In this document: positions 61,474-64,000 of the stretch, in pieces
Numbering within the stretch: position 1 is the stretch's first letter
Layout of the letters: each line of letters opens with the position of its first letter
Source of the DNA: Vitrella brassicaformis CCMP3155
Taxonomy: Eukaryota; Protista; Chromerida
DNA length: 64,000 bases
Assembly (NCBI GenBank): GCA_001179505.1
Contig: CDMY01000372.1
Coordinates: 33,296-97,295, forward strand
Direction of reading: 5' to 3'
Notes under the pieces: generated by a model
Database searches by the model: none
Told to the model about the DNA's origin: nothing
What the model saw: only the letters and a program-made list of their open reading frames with translations
Position numbers and translations under genes: made by a program

Positions 61474-63417
61474 TCATGAGGCCTTCTTCTTCCTCTCTGC
61501 CCCAGCCCCCGGTTTGCCCGCGGGCACCAGACAGAGTGGCACCAGGCTCAGCAGCAGCAGGGACACAATCACACTCACGAGAGGATGCACACGATCCCTC
61601 ACCCACTCGTAAAAAGACCAAGGGCTTCCACGGGGCGTGAGCAGGTGTGGCGGGATGGCGAAGGGCTGCCAGGCTCCGTAGGAGCTCTGGTCACCAGAGG
61701 CCAGGGCGTCCCAGAATCCGCAGCGGTGTCTCCGCTTGACCACATCTTGTATCAGATGCATGTTCCTCGGCTCGATCTCAAGCGTCGCCGACCAAGTAGA
61801 CGGGTCAAACACCTCCCACACGACCCCATTGCCGAGCCGCACCACCTCCTCGCCACGCATGAAGGCCGCAATGCCCTTGAGATAGTCCTCCATCAGCTCC
61901 ACATGCTCCCTCCCGAAAGTCATCCGCTTGCCGAACCAAGGCATGGCAAATCCCTCCTGGTCGATCTGGCCAAGCGTATAGATCATGTCCACGCCGTGGA
62001 ACGCCCCAATACCCATCTTTCTGGCCTCGTCAGGCACCACTTCCCACAGCCCCAGCCGCACGGGCCAGCCCCTCGCTGCCAGCTGAGAGGCCAAATAGCG
62101 GTTCGGGCACTGGAACATGGCGTCGCCGGCAGCACCGGTGGCCACTGAGAGAACCCCCCGCCGCTTCGCCAGTGCTCGATACTCGGCGTAAACCTTCGCC
62201 CCTTTCGTCGGCCCGTAGCTGTGGACGAATATCTCCTTGAGCTGGGCAGAAGTGGCGTTTTTTAGCATATCGGCCGCATCAAGGCCGAAGAGTGTGTACT
62301 CGTTGGCACTCGTGGTGATGATGATCGGCTTCCTCTGAAAGAGGCCGAGCTTTGGCGCGTTGAGGAGGTTTGGCAGAGGCACCACACGGCGGTCATAGAT
62401 GGGCGCGTGCACGGCGGGGTAGCTGTTGAGAGCAGGCGCCTGCCCAGTCGCCATGAGCGTCAGCGGAGGCTGAAAGGCCGTCAGGTTCTGCCATGGGAGA
62501 GTTCGAAGGTCATCGAGGCTCTTGGCACCAACGGCGCTGACGAAGGGCTCCCCCCTGCATCTGTAGGCCTCCTCGAGGCTAATGGCGCGATAGCCGATGG
62601 GGGCGGAGGAGACAATCGCTGCGCGGAAGAGGCCGGCGCTGGGTCGCCACATGAGGTGGTTTAGAACACTCTGCGCACCTGCCGACACGCCATAAAGCGT
62701 TACTCGCGATGGATCACCACCGAAAGCCCCGATGCTTCTCTGAAACGAGGCAAGCAACAAATCAGTCAGTCATGCACCTTGACATCTCCTATCACTCACC
62801 TGCACCCATTCGAGCGCTAGCCGCTGGTCCTCAAGCATGATATTGGTGGTTGTGCCCAGCCACGGATGCGCCAATGTACCCAAGACACCCACGCGATAGT
62901 TGAAGCCCACAACAATCGCTCCAGTGATCCTCAGGAATGCCTCCCCGGGCGCCCACCACTGCTCCGCCGTCCCCGAGCCGAATGCAAAGCCGCCTCCATG
63001 GATAACGACCAACACATGCCGCCTCTCCACTCGCGGTGCCGCCTCATCAGTGGCCGTCAGCTCATGGCCATAAGGCGTCCACACACTCAGCTGCAGACAG
63101 TCCTCACTCATGATGACCAAAGCACCACTCTTGTCGGTGGGTTGCGGGCACTTGACTGCCTTGCCGCGGCCGTCATAGGGCTCAGTCCAGCCTGTGTGCG
63201 GCTCTGGCAGCTGCCACCGCCGCTCGTGTGTGGGTGGAAGGGCGTAGGGGATGGCCTCGAACAGGAAGATTGGAGGTGCAGACGTGTTGGAAGGAAGAGG
63301 GTGGCCAACCACTGGGCCACATGGGGTGGTCACTGTCACGGCTGCTGCCGGTTCTTCAGAAGCTCGAGCCAGAAAAGGGATAAGGGACGCCAGAGCCAAA
63401 ATAACCTGCCTGAGCAT
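61474..63417 (-). CDS. Type-B carboxylesterase/lipase (COesterase family) with a signal peptide, C-terminal TM helix and KKXX motif
   Basis: FEAIPYALPP, SEDCLQLSVWTP, HGGGFAFGSG, NYRVGVLG, FGGDPSRVTLYGVSAGA (catalytic Ser), SANEY (Glu) and GAFHGVDM (His). Intron 62740..62799. C-terminus ..SLLLLSLVPLCLV..RKKKAS*. Confidence 0.92.
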
Positions 63418-63594
63418 GTTGGCTGAGGGAAAGTCCTCGCTCGACGCTGGATTCGCGCTGGGAGTAAGATGAGGCGCTCGAATGCCGATAATGACTTACG
63501 GGGAAAGCCTCACAGGCAGATCGGGGCACACAGAGCGTGCGAGCTCAAATTTCACCGTCGATATCGCCTTCCCGGCATCTTCCGCCTTTGTCTC

Positions 63595-63770
63595 TTAGTA
63601 GGATGCTCTATGACCACACTGAAGAGGGGCTCCTTGCATAAAATCGCCAAACGAATTTGCCAGGCTCGAGAAAAGCAGCAACTCGACCCTCACTCGATCC
63701 AATTCGGAAGGTGTCAGGATTGCCAGCTTGGCAAGACGAACCACTGCGAGCTTGTGAGCTAGGGTAGATT
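63595..63770 (-). CDS. Possible terminal exon of a gene beginning beyond the right edge
   Basis: Protein-like frame STLAHKLAVVRLAKLAILTPSELDRVRVELLLFSSLANSFGDFMQG..Y*, preceded on the minus strand by a pyrimidine-rich stretch. Confidence 0.3.
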
Positions 63771-64000
63771 GCTGTGTAACGGAGAGAGAGAGGAGAAGAC
63801 AAGGAAAGACAAGGAAAGCATTCTGAGGAGACACGATCTTATCAGCCATCACCGAAGTGAGATCTGTGTTGACCACCCTTCATGATGCCATACATGGACA
63901 GAAACAACTTTGACTGATTGGCCAGTCCATCGGTCTTATTAAAGTAAAAGCACTCTTACTCTAGGACTTACCGCCCAGCAGATCCTCTATTGAGCTAACT

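Overview
Intron-rich, GC-rich eukaryotic DNA. An ApiAP2 factor, bipartite plastid-type leaders and introns full of (AC)n, (GACA)n and (GGAT)n microsatellites point to a chromerid alveolate such as Vitrella; this is inference, no database was searched. About 20 spliced genes were reconstructed by hand. From left to right they are: an Unkempt-like CCCH zinc-finger protein, two tandem COG0523/CobW metallochaperone GTPases of different subfamilies (one TPR-fused), a Crinkler/RHS-like NTPase plus restriction-endonuclease-fold protein with a signal and transit-like leader, a FAD monooxygenase, CCT2, RPL30, a helical-repeat protein, a small secreted two-repeat Cys-rich protein, a fatty acyl-CoA reductase, an F-box-like protein, an arylsulfate sulfotransferase, a GPI-type beta-propeller protein, the ApiAP2 factor, a stand-alone RibD reductase and a carboxylesterase. 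A 5'-truncated CRE-clade non-LTR retrotransposon abuts the start codon of the Cys-rich gene. Notable non-coding structure includes strand-polar complementary microsatellites in introns, frequent GC-AG introns, many head-to-head gene pairs whose spacers are enriched in AGATCT, a 31-bp G-U-containing hairpin, and a duplicated 3' flank shared by the two CobW genes. Seven 300-N assembly gaps interrupt the window. Exon boundaries are manual predictions.
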